Source of the DNA: Haplodiscus bocki
Lineage: Eukaryota
NCBI GenBank assembly: GCA_965655095.1
Contig: OZ296658.1
Coordinates: 16,864,001 to 16,928,000 of the forward strand
Length of the DNA: 64,000 nt
Direction: 5' to 3'
A model generated the notes under the pieces. That model did no database searches. It saw only the letters and a list, made by a program, of their open reading frames with translations, and was not told the DNA's origin. Every line of letters begins with the position of its first letter. Within the stretch, counting starts at the first letter, position 1. The translations under genes and the position numbers were made by a program. Positions 59,795 to 64,000 of the stretch are shown here, one piece after another.

Positions 59795-62700
59795 CGTACC
59801 ACAGGAAGCACAAAGGACTCAAGAAAATGGAATAACCGCTTGTATCTCATTTGAAGGAGATTTTCTTTCAAATGTGCCCTTGAAATTCTCAGCAAGTAAA
59901 CAGAGAAGAGCACTAATAGACACTGGTGCCTGCCCGAACGCAATTAACGAAAAGGACTACCAGGAATTGAAATCATTTGGAACTCCAATTGCCACCCCAT
60001 CAGAAGTCAATAAAAACAAAGTAGCTTCCGGAAAACTTATACCTGTGCGTGGCCAGATAAAATCAACATTTTCCATAGCAAAACACTCGTTCAAGGAAAA
60101 ATTTTTAGTCTTACCTAGCACAAATGGTATTATACTGGGAAAACCAGTTTTCAAAAACAACTCCATTGAACTGCACCCCAAAGAAAACCTCATGAAACTG
60201 CCAGACTTCACCCTCTAACTGATCAAAGTACAACCAAATTCGACAAAAAAACAAACCAAGTTCCCAGATTCACTGAGAACGACGGCAAAAACAACAATTG
60301 CCCCAAACGAACAAACAACACTAAAATTTAACCTACTTTCGAAGAAAACAGTCGCTGATGCTGATGTCTGTGGAATAGTTGAAGCAAAAGTGTGTTTTGA
60401 AGACCAAACAGGCTTCTGCATCATATCTTCTTTATCTAGAACAGACCAAAATGGACCCTTTTCATTTCTGCTTCAGACTTGCAAAACAATGCATTTACAA
60501 AACCACGCAATTCAGATATTGCGTGCTTCAAATTTATTTCCCCGCAACAAGCAGAAACATTAACTCCAATGACCCCGCAACTACTCACCTGAGCAAAATC
60601 AAGAAACCTAGACGACTTTGTACAAGAAATAAAACAGCTCATCATAGAAGAAGAATCCAATTCAGACTCGCAACTACCACGACCCCAACAAGAACACAAA
60701 AAAATTTGGATCCCAACGCCAGAAACCTGTAAATACCCAGAAAAAATACAGGGAGTAGAAAAACGAATTTACAATAAATTATCAAGATTTCAAGAGTTGG
60801 ACAAATTTGATCCAAAAACCGACAAAAAACACTGCACAAAGCTCCAACAGAGATTCAAATGGAAAGACTCAGTACTCAGTTGTGAAAACGACAAGTCGAA
60901 GAATTGTTGGTAGAATTTTCGGATGTATTTGCGAAACACAGATTCGATGTTGGCTACAACTCAGAAATTACAATGAAACTTACTCCTGAGCATGACCAAC
61001 CGGTATATACACAGATTCCCCCAACACCCATTCATTTACGTTAGGAACTTCAGGTTGAACTGGCTCTTTCACGATAATTTGGGATAATAACAAGTCTAAA
61101 CCACTCAAAATATAGTAGCCCAAATTTTGCTCATCACAAAACTAACGGAGAACTCACAATTTTAGTCAACTTACGACGAAAAAACCCTGTGTTTCTGCGC
61201 GACCACCACAACAACACTTTCCCAACCTCAACAATGGCTGATACAACAGCTCACTTTGCAGGGAAATCAATATTCTGCAAACTTGATTGTTCTCGAGCAT
61301 ACCACTGCGTACAAATGGCAGACCAATTTTTTCATGCAACTACTTGCTTTTAATTTTGCATCAAGGACAATGGCCTATCAAACATTAGCTAGAGGACTCA
61401 ACTGAACAGTAACGGGATTCAGTGCATTCGTACGCCACTATCTAGACCCATGCTTTTCTGCTAACATCTGCACCCAATTCATGGATGACATTGGCTGTGG
61501 AGTTGATTCCCCAAAACTTCCTTCCTCACTCAGACAAATTTTTCAAAGTCTTCGGAGATCGGCACTCAATTTGTCATCTAAGAATTGCGTTTTTGGGTCG
61601 GCACAAGTTAGCTTCCTTGGTGATGTTATTACAAAAGAAGGCCTAAAACCCGAGAAAGAAAAGATTGAAAAATTCCTACGAACACTGGAATTAGCAAAAT
61701 CAGTGAAACAAGTGAAGGATTTATTGGCTTCCTTCAATTCTTCAAAAACTTCTTTCCGCACCTAAATGAACACCTGATACCATTTTACACACTCCTCGGA
61801 AAAAAAAGTTTCATTTGAACTTACGGGAGAAAAACTGAAAGCGTTCGAAACCCTCAAAGAAAAACTACAAACGACAGCAACCCAAACTCTTCGACTAGCA
61901 AAACCAGGTCTACAGTATGCAATCCTTTGTGACGAAAGTTATTAGTCAAGTGGATTTGTCCAAATATTTAAAGACTATGTAAAAAACGACAACAGCCAAT
62001 CTGTCAAATCATACGCACCGGTCTCATTAGGCTCAAAAGTCTTTAACACAGCACAACTGAAAATGTAAATATCTTGTAAAGAATTCTTATCACTTTACTT
62101 TGCCTTGAAAACCTTTTCCCACTTCATTTGGGGTAGAGATAACCCCGTACTAGTACTAACGGATCAAAAGCCTAATTCAATTCTTCCAAGCAAAGACGAT
62201 ACCACCATCACTTTGGAGTTACGTCGACCGAGTAACAGCTTTCAACATAGTTTTAGCTCATATTACCGCAAAAACAAATGCAGCACCAGATTTCCTATCT
62301 CGCCTTCAATCTGACCGCAACGAAAGGATTGAACTGAAATGTGCGGACCGCATACCTATCAGAGAGGTCGAAATAGATGTTCGTTCAACACTACCTGACA
62401 ACACAAAAAATGAACTCTTTGCAGATGACCTCCCGGACGAACTGCTACAAGTGGTTGACTTCAACACCCTAATAGCACTGAAACAATCTGGAAACAATGA
62501 GCAAACTTCACAAAGACTCAAAGGTATTACGGAAAACAACACAGAAAATGAACTGATTAAATACACGACCAACAAAACAAATAATGTGATCCAATTACCA
62601 AACCCAATGGACACCTACCCAGAACTTCAAACAAAGATGGCCCAACTAGAGTGAACAACAGAATGATATATTGCTCTCAATGATGAAGAACTTGGAAAAC

Positions 62701-64000
62701 TGATGGCTTTATACCTGACAACAACATATATTCGACTGGAGATGAGCAGAAATCTATCCAACAATTGCCACGGTTGCTGAGTGATAATGAAATCCTGAAA
62801 CGTAGATACTAAAACCATGACGGCACAACCCTATACAATCAATCATGTGTCCCAAAAGCCATGTTAAAGGAAATATTATATCGAATCCACAATTCACCAA
62901 AGGGCGGGCACTTGGGAACAACTAAAGCAACAGCAGAATTCCGAAAACGCTTGTACTGCCCAAATTACATTGACAAAATTGCGGACAACATCAAAAACTG
63001 TTCTTCATGCCTCCAACTGAAACACATTCATCCTTCTCAACTGAAGCCACAACTACAAGAAATTTCGACAAAAACTTCAATTCCAGGAGCCATCCTACAA
63101 ATTGACACATGGGAGCATTCCCTACTACACCCTACAGACACGTCTTGACAGCCATAAATGCATTCTCTAAATATATTTTTACAGTACCATTACAAACAGT
63201 GAGTGCTTCAACAGTAGCCTCAGCTTTAGTTTCTATAATGTTTAACCACAGTTATATCCCAAAAGAAATCATGTAAGACTTGGGAATTCATTTCGTCTCG
63301 GAACTCCTTCACGAACTTACAAAACTTTTTGAAATTAAAATATCTCACGCTTCGCTAAAACACCCACAAACAATAGGAGTAGTGGAGGGATCACATGCAG
63401 CTCTCACTCGTATTTTGAAAATGAACAGTAACCAGGAGTTTACGAATTGGCATGAGTATGTACCCTTGACTACTTTCATCCACAACAGGTCCTACCACTC
63501 ATCAATTGGATGCTCTCCTACAGTTCTTTTTCACGGCAGAGAACCATCGAAAACCTTGGATTTGAATTTCTACATCAACTTCATCCAAAAACCGGCATTT
63601 GAATATGACTTCGTTGAATTGCTTAGAGATGAAAAGCTAAAGGAAAATCTCAAATGCAAAAGAAAGCTTAGTAAAATCAATTGCTAAATGCAGAAGATTT
63701 TACGACCAAAAAGCAAGAGCAAACCCAATGAAAGGCCAGACCTACTGCTTACTACTAAACCCATAAATGACTGAACGAGCCGCTTTCAGCCCGAAACTAA
63801 TGCAAAAATGGTTGGCACTGTACCGTCTAGGGACTTTACTGACTGACTCCAACTACTTGATTCGCAAGTAGGAACGAAATCTACATAAAATGTACAAAGA
63901 ATTAGAATGAGACCAATCACTCCACAACACCTTGTTGATGATATTGCAGATACCAACCCACAAAACCTCAAAACAGACACACTGTGGGGAAAATCCAGAG
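59795..64000 (+). pseudogene. pol: Gypsy pol remnant (protease, RT, RNase H, integrase)
   Basis: Protease ALIDTGA; RT KLDCSRAYH and FMDDIG, plus VSFLGDVITKEGLKP; integrase HNSPKGGHLG...CSSC and HPQTIGVVE. Many disablements. Confidence 0.9.

Larger units (their letters stand above)
58255..64000 (+). mobile_element. Gypsy/Ty3 LTR retrotransposon, decayed (runs off the right edge)
   Basis: LTR end and PBS, then gag, protease, RT, RNase H and integrase in Gypsy order, with many stops and frameshifts. Confidence 0.92.

Overview
Eukaryotic, repeat-rich DNA, probably from an invertebrate animal (inference from short GT-AG introns and the transposon types). Left to right: (1) the decayed 3' half of a BEL/Pao LTR retrotransposon with its 3' LTR (1-2530); (2) a spliced Rab21-like GTPase gene on the minus strand (exons 5579-4481); (3) a 51.5-kb composite array (6712-58254) of 13 head-to-tail Helitron-like (Helentron/Helitron2-type) elements; (4) a decayed Gypsy retrotransposon (to 64000). 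The array holds one 13.3-kb formerly autonomous element and 12 non-autonomous units of four size classes: about 6.2 kb x4, 1.0 kb x4, 3.0 kb x1 and 2.1 kb x3. The 13.3-kb element encodes a disabled polyprotein (2A-like motif, OTU, HUH Rep, Pif1 helicase, GIY-YIG), an SGNH-like ORF and a 334-aa possible OB-fold ORF. Every unit ends in a hairpin plus CCACC (or a 1-nt variant), and the host DNA just before the first unit also ends in GCCCACC. The whole array appears to split the Gypsy 5' LTR into 6579-6711 and 58255-58609. The best candidate for an undescribed system is therefore a CCACC-targeting, self-targeting rolling-circle transposon clade. It would build mixed-family trains, with co-varying asymmetric end repeats, flip/flop hairpin loops and module swapping between families. 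All calls are by eye; no database searches or alignments were run.
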